Shown: positions 36,989 to 46,288 of the stretch, in pieces
Numbering within the stretch: position 1 is the first letter of the stretch
How the letters are laid out: every line of letters starts with the position of its first letter
Source: an uncultured virus (IMG/VR IMGVR_UViG_3300034012_002207)
Lineage: Duplodnaviria > Heunggongvirae > Uroviricota > Caudoviricetes
DNA: 64,000 nt
Virus record (IMG/VR): IMGVR_UViG_3300034012_002207
Reading direction: 5' to 3' (one strand)
Position numbers and translations under genes: made by a program
Notes under the pieces: generated by a model
What the model saw: only the letters and a program-made list of their open reading frames with translations
What the model was told of the DNA's origin: nothing
Databases searched by the model: none

Positions 36989-37846
36989 ATGCGAGTGCAT
37001 ATCGCTAGCGACCTACACATTAACTTTGATACCGGACACGACACACTAGTCCTGCCGGGTGGTGATCTCCTGCTCCTATGCGGTGACCTCTTAGAGGCAG
37101 GACATATCCGACTAGCACACAATGTGGGTCGTGGTATGAGTACTCTAGATGCGTACCACAAGTTTTGTGATACCCAACTGCCTAAGTATGCACAGGTCCT
37201 ATACGTGTTTGGCAATCACGAGTACTACCAGCATGATTTCTCAACTGCGCGTAAGCGTATTGAACCCCTTCTACCCCCTAACGTAACTATTCTACAAAAC
37301 AGTTATGTTAAGATTGAAGATTACCTGATCTGGGGCGCTACCATGTGGACGGATAATGATCGTGGCAATCCCACAGTTGCCCATGCTATTGGTGGACTCA
37401 TGAGTGATTACCAAGTAATCAAACACGAGCCTGCTAGGTTTGTAGAGGGAGCTGGTGGTGGCTACTGGACTAACAAGTTCACCCCTAGTGATAGTGAGCA
37501 AGAGCACCGGTATAGCCGTGCTCGACTAGAAGAATTTCTACTAGCCTACCCCAACCACAAAACTATTGTGATGACTCACCATGCTCCTAGCTACGAGTCA
37601 ATTGCTAGTGAGTACCGTGAGCACGTACATGGTTATATCAACCATGCATACTACAGTGATCTTACTAACATCATCCTAGACAATCCGCAGGTTAAGCTAT
37701 GGGCACATGGTCATGTGCATTCGATGAATGACTACCAGATCGGTAGTTGCCGTGTGGTAAGTAATCCTCGTGGATATGCTGGTTACGAGCGACAGGCTGA
37801 GCGTTTTGAACAGGCTAGCAGTAAAGTCTGGATTGACTTGGAGTAG
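36989..37846 (+). CDS. calcineurin-like metallophosphoesterase
   Basis: SDLH, CGD, GNHE, THHAP, HGHVH, NPRGY. Confidence 0.9.
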   Translation: MRVHIASDLHINFDTGHDTLVLPGGDLLLLCGDLLEAGHIRLAHNVGRGMSTLDAYHKFCDTQLPKYAQVLYVFGNHEYYQHDFSTARKRIEPLLPPNVTILQNSYVKIEDYLIWGATMWTDNDRGNPTVAHAIGGLMSDYQVIKHEPARFVEGAGGGYWTNKFTPSDSEQEHRYSRARLEEFLLAYPNHKTIVMTHHAPSYESIASEYREHVHGYINHAYYSDLTNIILDNPQVKLWAHGHVHSMNDYQIGSCRVVSNPRGYAGYERQAERFEQASSKVWIDLE

Positions 37847-38001
37847 GCTATGAATATCCGATTACACAACTTTATACATTGTGGAAGTTTTACCGTAGTA
37901 GAGCGACTAATTATTGTTGTGGGGTGTGTAGTTGGGTTATTTTTAATCTTGACTTAGTGGATACGGTGTGCTATAATATCTTTTCATTTGGAGAAGAAAA
38001 C

Positions 38002-38190
38002 ATGGCAGGCTATACCCGTGAATTTTTGTTGGAATGTTTTGCGAGCAGATATGAGCCACTGGGACTTGAAACCACCGAAAAGCAGTACAAACTGGCTAGC
38101 GACCTCTACGACCAAGTCGGCAAAGACAAATTCAGAGTCTATGCTAGCTTGGACGCCGAAGCAGTCCGTAACTATAAAAACACACGATAA
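38002..38190 (+). CDS. hypothetical protein
   Basis: GGAG RBS after promoter. Confidence 0.6.
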   Translation: MAGYTREFLLECFASRYEPLGLETTEKQYKLASDLYDQVGKDKFRVYASLDAEAVRNYKNTR

Positions 38191-39191
38191 TGTTCAAACA
38201 ACACCCCAGAGTTGGTTTTGCTTGCAAGATTCAAGAAAGCCATGACAAAGCAGCTCCAGGCCTAAACACCGGCACTACCACAATTACTTGGCTAAATAAT
38301 CAGACCCGAGATGTAGCTGTAGCCAAGCTATGGGGTATTCTGGACAAGAATACTAACGCCATAATCAGGCAACTAGAGTGGGTAGCTAAAAAGCCAGCAC
38401 AAGAGCGTATGTTCCGCCTAAGCAGCGACTTGCTTCCAGCATATACCCACGACGACTGGTCGTGGTGGTACTGGGAGCCAGACGTAGTTCGCGAGCTAGA
38501 GGCTAGATTTGATATGATTGGCAACCTAGCTAGACAACACGATATTCGACTTAGTTTTCATCCCGGTCAGTTTTGTGTACTAGCTAGTGAAAACCCAAAT
38601 GTTGTTGAAAACTCTATTCAAGAGTTTGAGTATCATGTAGACCTTATTCGCTACATGGGTTATGGTCGTGAATTTCAAGACTTTAAGTGCAACGTACATA
38701 TTGGTGGCAAACAAGGTCCAGAAGGTATCAAACAAGCACTTAAGCGTCTTAGTCGTGAAGCTCGCAATGTGCTTACCATTGAGAACGCTGAGTTTAGCTG
38801 GGGTATTAATGCTAGTCTAGAGCTAGTAGATCACTGTGCACTAGTCCTAGACATTCACCATCACTGGATTATGAGTGGGGAATACATTGAGCCAACCGAT
38901 CCTCGTGTACAGCGGTTATGGGAATCTTGGCGAGGTGTTAGGCCAGTAATCCACTACAGCTTGAGTCGTGAAGATGTTGTAGTCGAACATGATCGCAATG
39001 CCCGACCCAACCTGCAGGAATTGTTAACACAAGGATTCACGCGAGCTAAATTGCGTGCACATAGTGACTACTACTGGAACCTAGCTTGTAACGAGTGGGC
39101 CGGTAGTTTTCTAGAGTATAGCGACATTATGCTAGAGTCCAAAGAGAAAAACCTTGCTCAGGCTGCTTTTGTCAAGCAAATGAAAATTTAG
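38190..39191 (+). CDS. uvsE: UV damage endonuclease
   Basis: GFACK, FRLSSD, RLSFHPGQF, NVHIG, LTIEN, VLDIHHH, HYS, AHSDY, MLESK. Confidence 0.92.
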   Translation: MFKQHPRVGFACKIQESHDKAAPGLNTGTTTITWLNNQTRDVAVAKLWGILDKNTNAIIRQLEWVAKKPAQERMFRLSSDLLPAYTHDDWSWWYWEPDVVRELEARFDMIGNLARQHDIRLSFHPGQFCVLASENPNVVENSIQEFEYHVDLIRYMGYGREFQDFKCNVHIGGKQGPEGIKQALKRLSREARNVLTIENAEFSWGINASLELVDHCALVLDIHHHWIMSGEYIEPTDPRVQRLWESWRGVRPVIHYSLSREDVVVEHDRNARPNLQELLTQGFTRAKLRAHSDYYWNLACNEWAGSFLEYSDIMLESKEKNLAQAAFVKQMKI

Positions 39192-39406
39192 ACTTGCACT
39201 AGACCAGTAAACGTGATATAATATGTGTATAGTGTGAATTAAGAAAGAAATAGCAATACAACTATTACCGTTTAATTTCTTGTCTTGATTCACGCTAACT
39301 AATACTGTATAATATTATATATGGGGCGGCACAAACCGCAAAAGCTCAACAAGCGTCAGCTTGGGGTGCATGAGCCACAACGATTAAAACCTTAGATCGT
39401 TACCAT

Positions 39407-39489
39407 GCCCAGGTGGTGGAATTGGTAGACACGCTGGTCTTAGAAGCCAGTGCGCGAGCGTGACGGTTCGAGTCCGTCCCAGGGCACCA
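39407..39489 (+). tRNA. tRNA-Leu(TAG)
   Basis: class II cloverleaf, CCA. Confidence 0.93.
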
Positions 39490-39672
39490 TAGTTAAGTAT
39501 TTTGTTCGTCCTAGGTGAAATAAACAGGACATTGCAGCCCAGAGAAATAAGGGTACCCGGCCGGTATATCCCTAAAGCGGGCTGAAGTTAATCGTAGCCG
39601 ATCCTTAGCGGGATCATATGGCAGGAAGATTAACTCATGCGCGAGCAGGCAGTAAGCAAAATACTTTACTAT

Positions 39673-39759
39673 GGATGCGTAGCCAAATGGTTGACGGCAG
39701 CGGGCTGTAAACTCGTGACACTAGAAACGCTGGTGGTTCGAATCCATCCGCATCCACCA
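39673..39759 (+). tRNA. tRNA-Tyr(GTA)
   Basis: class II cloverleaf, CCA. Confidence 0.9.
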
Positions 39760-40268
39760 TATTGAAGCACATTAAAATCCCTAAAAAGATCAGGGCTGGT
39801 ACACCACATACCTCTCAAGGAAAGTATGTATAGACCACAGTGTGTTTCAATATGGTTGTTGACTAGCCCGATAAGGCACTCTAAAGCCTGAACTGGGAAA
39901 ACTTATTTCTAGTCAACATCCGTAATTGCGCTGCTCACGCTGAACCTATAAACTCTAGGCTGGTGACTAGGCTGGGGTCGTACCCCGTAAAGATATTCGA
40001 CTGTACAACGTGAACAGTGAAGTCTAGAGCAAGCAGGAATGAGCACCTGCATATAATAGTTCCCGCCACGCTTACATAGTCGTATCCCTAGACTATACCG
40101 CGCAACAGGGCGATAAAAGTTACTAGTGATGGTGGACTACGTAACTGGACATTCTAGACCTGCGGGCCGTCGCCCAATAGTAACAAGACACTATGAAGCC
40201 ACTTTAGGGAGTGGGGCCATAGTTCAACTCATACTCGTGATTTGAACTATGGTTTTTTGGAGATAATA

Positions 40269-40586
40269 ATGAGTCGTACTCTAAAAGATAAACCGCACAC
40301 TGTAGCGTATCCAGAAGATCACTACTTATACGATGCTATTCGTGTAGATACTAGTAGCTTTGGTTTTCGTTACATACAAGTTGCGGGCAAGAAAACTAAA
40401 AAGCGTAGAAACTACTGTCATTTTCGCTGGTATAGCACAACACCTAGCTGGTGGACTCGTATTACTATGAATCGTCCACAGCGTCGTCGTGGCCGTGTAT
40501 GGGAGCACGCAGTGCTCAAGACCACAGACCTAGAGCTAGTAGATCCGCCCGCAGTAGGACGTAAACCACACGTATATTATTATTAA
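40269..40586 (+). CDS. hypothetical basic protein
   Basis: GGAG RBS; MSRTLKDKP...TPSWW..MNRPQR. Confidence 0.7.
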   Translation: MSRTLKDKPHTVAYPEDHYLYDAIRVDTSSFGFRYIQVAGKKTKKRRNYCHFRWYSTTPSWWTRITMNRPQRRRGRVWEHAVLKTTDLELVDPPAVGRKPHVYYY

Positions 40587-40661
40587 GGGCTGCTAGTGAT
40601 AATGGGAGCACGGTGCCTTTGCACGGCATAGGTCGGAGTTCGATCCTCCGGCGGTCCACCA
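40587..40661 (+). tRNA. tRNA-Ala(TGC)
   Basis: cloverleaf, G3-U70, CCA. Confidence 0.9.
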
Positions 40662-40719
40662 TAAAAGATTTGGGAACCAACCCAAACAGCCCCCGTAAGG
40701 GGAATTTAAACACACGGAG

Positions 40720-40923
40720 ATGTGTATGATGGCATATAACGGATTAGACATTATTTCAGTCGATGTTCCGCTAATGCTTAGATTGATGGAATTTGCGCGC
40801 GAAGATGCTAAACACGATAAAGATTTGCACTTTGTAGCAGAACACCTAATCAGGCTAATGCAAACAAATACTCTCCTCACTATGAAACACTATGACACAA
40901 TAGTTGATAGAGGGGGTTTTTAA
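40720..40923 (+). CDS. hypothetical protein (paralog of next)
   Basis: DVPLMLRLMEFAREDA...LTM..Y..IV. Confidence 0.7.
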   Translation: MCMMAYNGLDIISVDVPLMLRLMEFAREDAKHDKDLHFVAEHLIRLMQTNTLLTMKHYDTIVDRGGF

Positions 40924-41126
40924 TGGGCGATAAATATTACAAGTTCGTAGAGATTGAGGTTAGCCCTAAACTCATGAAAAAGCTCTTAGAACATATCAAA
41001 GACCCTAAGGTAACGCAAGATCATATAAACTATATGATGGAAAACTTGATGTGGTTAAGTAAACACGACGAGTGCCTTACCCTAGATGAGTACGAAGTAA
41101 TCACAGAGAAACCCATAGTTAGTTAA
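40923..41126 (+). CDS. hypothetical protein
   Basis: same pattern: PKLM..LLE...LTL..Y..I. Confidence 0.65.
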   Translation: MGDKYYKFVEIEVSPKLMKKLLEHIKDPKVTQDHINYMMENLMWLSKHDECLTLDEYEVITEKPIVS

Positions 41127-41201
41127 TTATGGTCGGCAGCTAGGCTTGCCGGCCTAGTAGCCGTTTAACTCCACAAACAATAATAAAAAACGGAGAACAA
41201 A

Positions 41202-41963
41202 ATGGCAGAATCAATCACACCTGCAGGCATGATGATGAGTGGCGGCGGCGACGGTCTTTTCGGAGGCGGCGGTCTTATTGGCGGTCTTATCCTAGGCTCG
41301 CTCCTACGCAACAATGGTAATCTCTTTGGAGGAGATGGCGCAGCTGCTGGAGCAACTCTACGTAGTCCGCCTGAGCAAGTTCAAGCCAACATGAGCCTAA
41401 TGCAGAGCATTGGTCAAGTAGACAAGGCAGTAGCTGTTAGTACAGCAGCCATGGAAGCGTCACAAGCCAATCAAACCATTGCTTTTACAAACCAGCTCAA
41501 TGCACAAACAGGCTCATTGGCAACTCGTGTTGACGGTACCAAAGAAGCAGTTAATGCGACCGCTATGCTGCTTTCACAGCAACTTAATGGCGTACAACAA
41601 CAAGTAATGGAAAACCGTTACCAGTTGGCACAAGACATTAACAATGATGGTGACAAGACTCGTGCCTTAATCACTAGTCAATACGAAGCCACTCTAAACC
41701 GTCAACTCAGCGATGCTAATGCAAACATTATTGCACTGCAATCTCGTTTTGATACCGCAGAGCGTACACGTGGTGTAGAGGTCAATACAACAACCACTGT
41801 TAACCAGATGCAACAGCAAGCTCAACAGCAACAACAATACGGTCAGCTTTACAATGCTCTCTGGGCCCTTGCTCAAAACATTCAGAATACTAACTCAGCA
41901 ATCAATGTTGGTAGTGGAACACAAACCGCTAATCCAGCAAACACAAATACAAATATTAGATAA
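41202..41963 (+). CDS. Gly-rich/hydrophobic N-terminus, coiled-coil, Q/N-rich protein
   Basis: GGAG RBS; GGLIGGLILGSLL; DGDKTRALI; poly-Q. Confidence 0.85.
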   Translation: MAESITPAGMMMSGGGDGLFGGGGLIGGLILGSLLRNNGNLFGGDGAAAGATLRSPPEQVQANMSLMQSIGQVDKAVAVSTAAMEASQANQTIAFTNQLNAQTGSLATRVDGTKEAVNATAMLLSQQLNGVQQQVMENRYQLAQDINNDGDKTRALITSQYEATLNRQLSDANANIIALQSRFDTAERTRGVEVNTTTTVNQMQQQAQQQQQYGQLYNALWALAQNIQNTNSAINVGSGTQTANPANTNTNIR

Positions 41964-42028
41964 TCTCTAATTAACGGTTGGCCCCCCACGTTCAAAAGAC
42001 CTGGGGGCGCTTTTTATAGGAGATTATT

Positions 42029-42520
42029 GTGCAAAGACAAAAACAACACTTATTGCCACCATTTATGTGGCAAAAGCAAGGGTTTGCTCTTGTTCCTGCT
42101 CCGCCCCTGCCGCCTCCAATCATGGAAGATAATGACTTATTTATCAACTATGGCATAGGCACGCCCGGACCACCCGGTCCACCAGGACCACCTGGTCCTC
42201 AGGGTCCGGAAGGACCACAAGGACCACCAGGCTCACTAGCAGATGTGCCTGTGCAACTCATAGATACGCCAACCTATAGTGCTACCACAGATGAGTACTT
42301 TTTAGGCGTAATTTATAATGGTGCAGTAACGGTTACACTTCCTAGTGGAACCCTTGGCAAAGTGTTTATTATCAAAGATAGTGCGGGGGATGCTAATACA
42401 AATCCAATTACTGTGACTACTACAGGCAGTAGTATTGATGGCGAATTAACTTATGTTTTAGACACAGACTGGGGCAGTATTGGTTTGGTCTATAATGGCA
42501 TAGAATGGAATGTAGTATGA
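42029..42520 (+). CDS. collagen-like protein with C-terminal beta domain
   Basis: (GPP/GPQ) repeats, then TVTLP..GKVFIIKD.G.A.TNPIT..IDG...YNG.EW. Confidence 0.85.
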   Translation: MQRQKQHLLPPFMWQKQGFALVPAPPLPPPIMEDNDLFINYGIGTPGPPGPPGPPGPQGPEGPQGPPGSLADVPVQLIDTPTYSATTDEYFLGVIYNGAVTVTLPSGTLGKVFIIKDSAGDANTNPITVTTTGSSIDGELTYVLDTDWGSIGLVYNGIEWNVV

Positions 42521-43077
42521 GCTATAATCAAGCACTAGCAAGTACCACAGACTATGGCGTAATCAAAGTAGGAAGTGGATTAAGTGTAACAAATGGTATT
42601 GTTACTGCAACTAGCAGCAGTTTTGGCGAATATGGATTTGTTAATAGTAGTACCCCACAAACTAATCCAGTTGCTAATCAGGTTAATGTTATTACATTTG
42701 ATACATTAGGCCCAGCTAATGGAGTAAGCATAGGCGGCGGCGGTAACAATATCACTGTTGCAAATGCAGGTATATATACTCAAATATTTACACTTATAAC
42801 CACAAAAACCAGCGGTGGCACAGCCACACTAAGTATATGGTTACGAAAAAACGGTGTAGATATAACAGGCTCAGCACAAGAGTTACAACTAACAAACGTA
42901 TTATCTATAGTATTCTTAAGCGGTAATTATACACTGAGTTTAGCAGCAGGAGATAACATACAAACCTGTTGGAGTAGTCCAGATATAACTACTGGTTTTA
43001 GCCCACTAGCTGCTCAAGTAAATCCTGTTAGACCAACAGGTTATGCAGTCAAGGTTACACTAACAAGGATAGGATAA
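42517..43077 (+). CDS. BclA C-terminal / C1q-like domain protein
   Basis: ITVANAGIY, IWLRKNG.DI.GS, LSLAAGDNI. Confidence 0.7.
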   Translation: MSYNQALASTTDYGVIKVGSGLSVTNGIVTATSSSFGEYGFVNSSTPQTNPVANQVNVITFDTLGPANGVSIGGGGNNITVANAGIYTQIFTLITTKTSGGTATLSIWLRKNGVDITGSAQELQLTNVLSIVFLSGNYTLSLAAGDNIQTCWSSPDITTGFSPLAAQVNPVRPTGYAVKVTLTRIG

Positions 43078-43078
43078 T

Positions 43079-43384
43079 ATGAGTATAACTTATGATACTA
43101 GAACTATTACAACAACACCCGCCACAATTGATAAAGACGATGAGGTTATATTTAGTAATGTAACAACTGCGTCATCACTGGTACTACCAAACCTATCTGG
43201 AAGTAATACTGGTAAAACTTATTATATCAAAGATTTTTCAGGTAATTCAAAAATAAATCCTATAACTATTACTGCACCCAGTGGAAAAACCATTGATGGT
43301 GCAAGTTTTGCAATATTAAATACTCCATATAGCCGCGTACTACTTACTTACGACGGCACTAACTGGAAGAGTATAGCAGGGTAA
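43079..43384 (+). CDS. small beta-domain protein (paralog of 42029 C-terminus)
   Basis: LVLP...GKTYYIKD.SG...NPITI...TIDG...YDGTNW. Confidence 0.75.
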   Translation: MSITYDTRTITTTPATIDKDDEVIFSNVTTASSLVLPNLSGSNTGKTYYIKDFSGNSKINPITITAPSGKTIDGASFAILNTPYSRVLLTYDGTNWKSIAG

Positions 43385-43422
43385 TTTTCAGTGCCAACAA
43401 TAACAATAACAGGAGAAAATCC

Positions 43423-43827
43423 ATGGCATATAATTCACCATTAACCTCAACCACCAACTACGGTGTAGTAAAGGTTGGATCAAATATTACAGTTACTAAC
43501 GGCGTTATTTCTGTTGTAGGAAATGAAACTGTTAATACACAGCTAGTCAACAACGCAGCAAGTCCCTATACCCTAGACAGTGCAGGTACTACTCCAAATT
43601 ACTACTTAGGCGTAGTAGGCACTGGAGCTGCGATTGCTATTAACCTAACTGCCGGTGTAGACGGTAGAACAGTAGTTATCAAAAGCGAAGCTGGACAAAC
43701 CAGCGATATTACCGTTACGCCCAATGGTGCAGAAACCATTGAAAATGCAGCAAGCTACACAATATTAGCCGCCACAGATGGAGCAATTACACTAGTGTTC
43801 CGCGGAACAAATTGGAACGTAATATAA
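43423..43827 (+). CDS. small beta-domain protein (paralog)
   Basis: STTNYGVVKVG leader; GRTVVIK...TIE...FRGTNWNV. Confidence 0.75.
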   Translation: MAYNSPLTSTTNYGVVKVGSNITVTNGVISVVGNETVNTQLVNNAASPYTLDSAGTTPNYYLGVVGTGAAIAINLTAGVDGRTVVIKSEAGQTSDITVTPNGAETIENAASYTILAATDGAITLVFRGTNWNVI

Positions 43828-43933
43828 GGAGGACGGTATCGATAACACTACTATAGATGAGGCGGCTGCACTATAGTAGATTACATGCGGGTGTGACTGC
43901 TCTCAAATTACAGTTAAATAAAAAGTAGTAAAA

Positions 43934-44149
43934 ATGTCAGCTTTAAAAATTCATAAATACTGGTGCCCAAAACAAGAACAAGATTACAAAACCATAATGC
44001 AAGCTGTAGATGACTTGGGTGCAGCTAGTCTTGCTCTAGCAACTAACGGTGCTCAAGCCTATACACAGTTCCTACAAGCCCGCGATCAATTTCAAGAATG
44101 TTTTACAGAGATAACTAAACACTATCGTTATGTAGAACAAGACAGTTAA
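43934..44149 (+). CDS. hypothetical protein
   Basis: 71-aa helical ORF at end of cassette. Confidence 0.6.
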   Translation: MSALKIHKYWCPKQEQDYKTIMQAVDDLGAASLALATNGAQAYTQFLQARDQFQECFTEITKHYRYVEQDS

Positions 44150-44244
44150 AATTTTAATATTGAACTATGCAATCTAGTTTGCTATAATATTACTTTGGCG
44201 TTGATTAAAACTGCAAAGTAATTTATATTTAATTTAGGTATATC

Positions 44245-44361
44245 ATGAAACTAAAACCTCGTAATCCGTATGTGGCACTAGCCCGCAAACGTAGGGCGGG
44301 TTCACATACCAAAACCCATAAACAAGTTCGTGGTCAACTAAATCGCAAACTAGATGCATAA
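44245..44361 (+). CDS. small basic protein
   Basis: AGGT RBS; MKLKPRNPYVALARKRRAGSHTK. Confidence 0.6.
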   Translation: MKLKPRNPYVALARKRRAGSHTKTHKQVRGQLNRKLDA

Positions 44362-44367
44362 GTTAAT

Positions 44368-44468
44368 GGAAGGGTTGCTAATATTGGCCTTAGGGCGAGC
44401 CTTATAAACTCGTAAGCACTGTCCAGATAAGGCAGTTAATGTGGGTTCGATTCCCACCCCTTCTACCA
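44368..44468 (+). tRNA. atypical tRNA, anticodon probably TAT, long variable arm
   Basis: 7-bp acceptor, T-arm GTGGG-TTCGATT-CCCAC, CCA; C31/A39 mismatch. Confidence 0.7.
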
Positions 44469-44474
44469 TAACCT

Positions 44475-44567
44475 AGTGAGTTGGCTGAGTGGCTTAAGGC
44501 AGCGGTTTGCTAAACCGTCGATTCGGGTCAACCGGGTCCGTGGGTTCGAATCCCACACTCACTGCCA
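44475..44567 (+). tRNA. tRNA-Ser(GCT)
   Basis: class II cloverleaf, G73, CCA. Confidence 0.93.
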
Positions 44568-44578
44568 CGGAGAATACT

Positions 44579-44884
44579 ATGAACTACTCTACAGAAACGC
44601 TTATAGCAGCCTTAGATGCTATAATTACTAAAGCAAAAAATGTTAAAAGGGGCGATAGCGTTAGTTGGAATTCAAGCGGCGGTACTGCTCGTGGCAAAGT
44701 TACCAAAGTAATTACTAATGGCGAGGAACAAATCCCCGGTAGTAGTTTTAAAATTACAGGAACGCCAGATGACCCAGGTGCTTTAATCAGAGTGTACAGG
44801 GAACAAGATGGCGAGTACAAGCCTACAGATACTATTGTAGGGCATAAAACAAAAACTCTAACAAAAATTCCTGCACTGGATTAA
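44579..44884 (+). CDS. DUF2945/Hva1 Tudor-like protein
   Basis: GD.VSWNSSGG.ARGKV, P..LIR, VGHK..TL. Confidence 0.7.
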   Translation: MNYSTETLIAALDAIITKAKNVKRGDSVSWNSSGGTARGKVTKVITNGEEQIPGSSFKITGTPDDPGALIRVYREQDGEYKPTDTIVGHKTKTLTKIPALD

Positions 44885-44886
44885 CC

Positions 44887-45045
44887 ATGCCTTGCTATAA
44901 ATGCGCAAACGGTAAGTACAAATATGGTCAACGTGGCAACTGCCAGTTTGACACACTAGAGTCATGTAAAGCTGCTGAAGCAGCTATTCATGCTCGTGAA
45001 GGTGACAAGGGCAAGAAACCTTACCCTAAACCGCCGAAAAAATAA
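44887..45045 (+). CDS. small Cys-containing protein
   Basis: MPCYKCANGKYKYG..G.C. Confidence 0.6.
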   Translation: MPCYKCANGKYKYGQRGNCQFDTLESCKAAEAAIHAREGDKGKKPYPKPPKK

Positions 45046-45122
45046 GCACCTATCGTCTAGCGGCCTAGGACAACTCCCTTTCACGGAGTAGATCAGGGGT
45101 TCGAATCCCCTTAGGTGTGCCA
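45046..45122 (+). tRNA. tRNA-Glu(TTC)
   Basis: cloverleaf, CCA. Confidence 0.92.
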
Positions 45123-45124
45123 TA

Positions 45125-45203
45125 CTCGGTGTAGCTTAGTCCGGCTTAAAGCGCCTGCTTTGGGAGCAGGAGATCGTGAGTTCGAATCCCACCCCCGAGA
45201 CCA
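45125..45203 (+). tRNA. tRNA-Pro(TGG)
   Basis: cloverleaf, CCA. Confidence 0.88.
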
Positions 45204-45346
45204 ATCCTGGTTAGCTATAGAACCTAAACCGCTATAGCCGTTACTAGCCGCGGCAGTGCTAGCGTCATCCATAACAGACGATACGGGTTATGCCGGACAG
45301 GTAACCGGCTTTTTTCTTTTACACACACAACACACAAGGAAGTATC

Positions 45347-45586
45347 ATGACAACTAAAAATCCGTACGAAATTCGCACTGAGCTGCTACAACTTGCTCAG
45401 GGCTATCTTCAACAACAGTTTGAAGCTAATAAACAATTTGCAGAGCAAACATTTCACCAGATGGTAGAGCTTGGCAAGGTTCAGCCCGAAGATTGGGCTA
45501 CGCATATGCCCAAGTTTTATGATTTTAAAGATATTCTAGAGAAAGCCAAAGAGCTATACGGCTTTGTAAATAATGAAAGTCGCTGA
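45347..45586 (+). CDS. hypothetical protein
   Basis: KNPYEIR.ELL..A...IL.KA.ELYGFV. Confidence 0.75.
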   Translation: MTTKNPYEIRTELLQLAQGYLQQQFEANKQFAEQTFHQMVELGKVQPEDWATHMPKFYDFKDILEKAKELYGFVNNESR

Positions 45587-45731
45587 TATGTGGCAGCGCG
45601 TCCTGGAATTTGTTCGTCCGTACACATTCGAGGATTATGTCAAAGAATACGGCCCTAAAGACCACAAAGAACTAGAAGATCTAGAAAAGCGCTGGCTTAC
45701 TACTAGTAACTGGTTCAATCGCTCACAATAA
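45573..45731 (+). CDS. hypothetical protein
   Basis: 52-aa ORF overlapping previous gene. Confidence 0.5.
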   Translation: MKVADMWQRVLEFVRPYTFEDYVKEYGPKDHKELEDLEKRWLTTSNWFNRSQ

Positions 45732-45739
45732 CTAATTTT

Positions 45740-45813
45740 CGCGGGATAGAGTAAAGGTAATTCAGGAGTCTCATAAGCTCCAGATGGGGGTTCGATTCCC
45801 TCTCCCGCAACCA
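45740..45813 (+). tRNA. tRNA-Met(CAT), initiator-like (C1:A72)
   Basis: cloverleaf, C1/A72 mismatch, CCA. Confidence 0.85.
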
Positions 45814-45818
45814 CTAAC

Positions 45819-45892
45819 CTCCTCATGGTGTAATGGCAGCATCACAGTCTCCAAAACTGTTGGTTGCGGTTCGAGTCCGTATGGGGAGGCCA
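45819..45892 (+). tRNA. tRNA-Trp(CCA)
   Basis: cloverleaf, CCA. Confidence 0.9.
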
Positions 45893-45964
45893 AGAAAATT
45901 TTTGTCTTGACCCTAAATCGCAGATTTGCTATAATATTATTTCTGTGACAATTTAGGAATCTAA

Positions 45965-46180
45965 ATGGAAGCGTTGAACCAAGTTACTAGTCCCATGTTC
46001 TTGCTGCCTGCCTATGGTCGCCAGTATAAGACTCGTGAGCAAGCGCTCCGCGACTGGCAGGGTGGCAAAGACTTTCAAATTGAAGGCGGACCCTACTGCT
46101 CGATCCGCGACCTTGACCTAATGCACCAGCAGTTCCAAAATATCTATATCCTCTACGACAGGGGAACTGTACTAGTCTGA
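45965..46180 (+). CDS. hypothetical protein
   Basis: PAYGR.YK......DW..GKDF; own promoter. Confidence 0.7.
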   Translation: MEALNQVTSPMFLLPAYGRQYKTREQALRDWQGGKDFQIEGGPYCSIRDLDLMHQQFQNIYILYDRGTVLV

Positions 46181-46185
46181 TCTAA

Positions 46186-46271
46186 GCCCTGATGGTGAAA
46201 TAGGTAGACACAAGGGACTTAAAATCCCTCGCTGAAAATGCGTGCCGGTTCGAGTCCGGCTCGGGGCACCA
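46186..46271 (+). tRNA. tRNA-Leu(TAA)
   Basis: class II cloverleaf, CCA. Confidence 0.93.
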
Positions 46272-46288
46272 TACACTTAGGAATCTGA

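Noticed and set aside
44368..44468. Stop-codon recoding via suppressor tRNA
   Set aside because: Conserved genes are uninterrupted in the standard code and use TAA/TAG/TGA as stops; the best loop register gives TAT.
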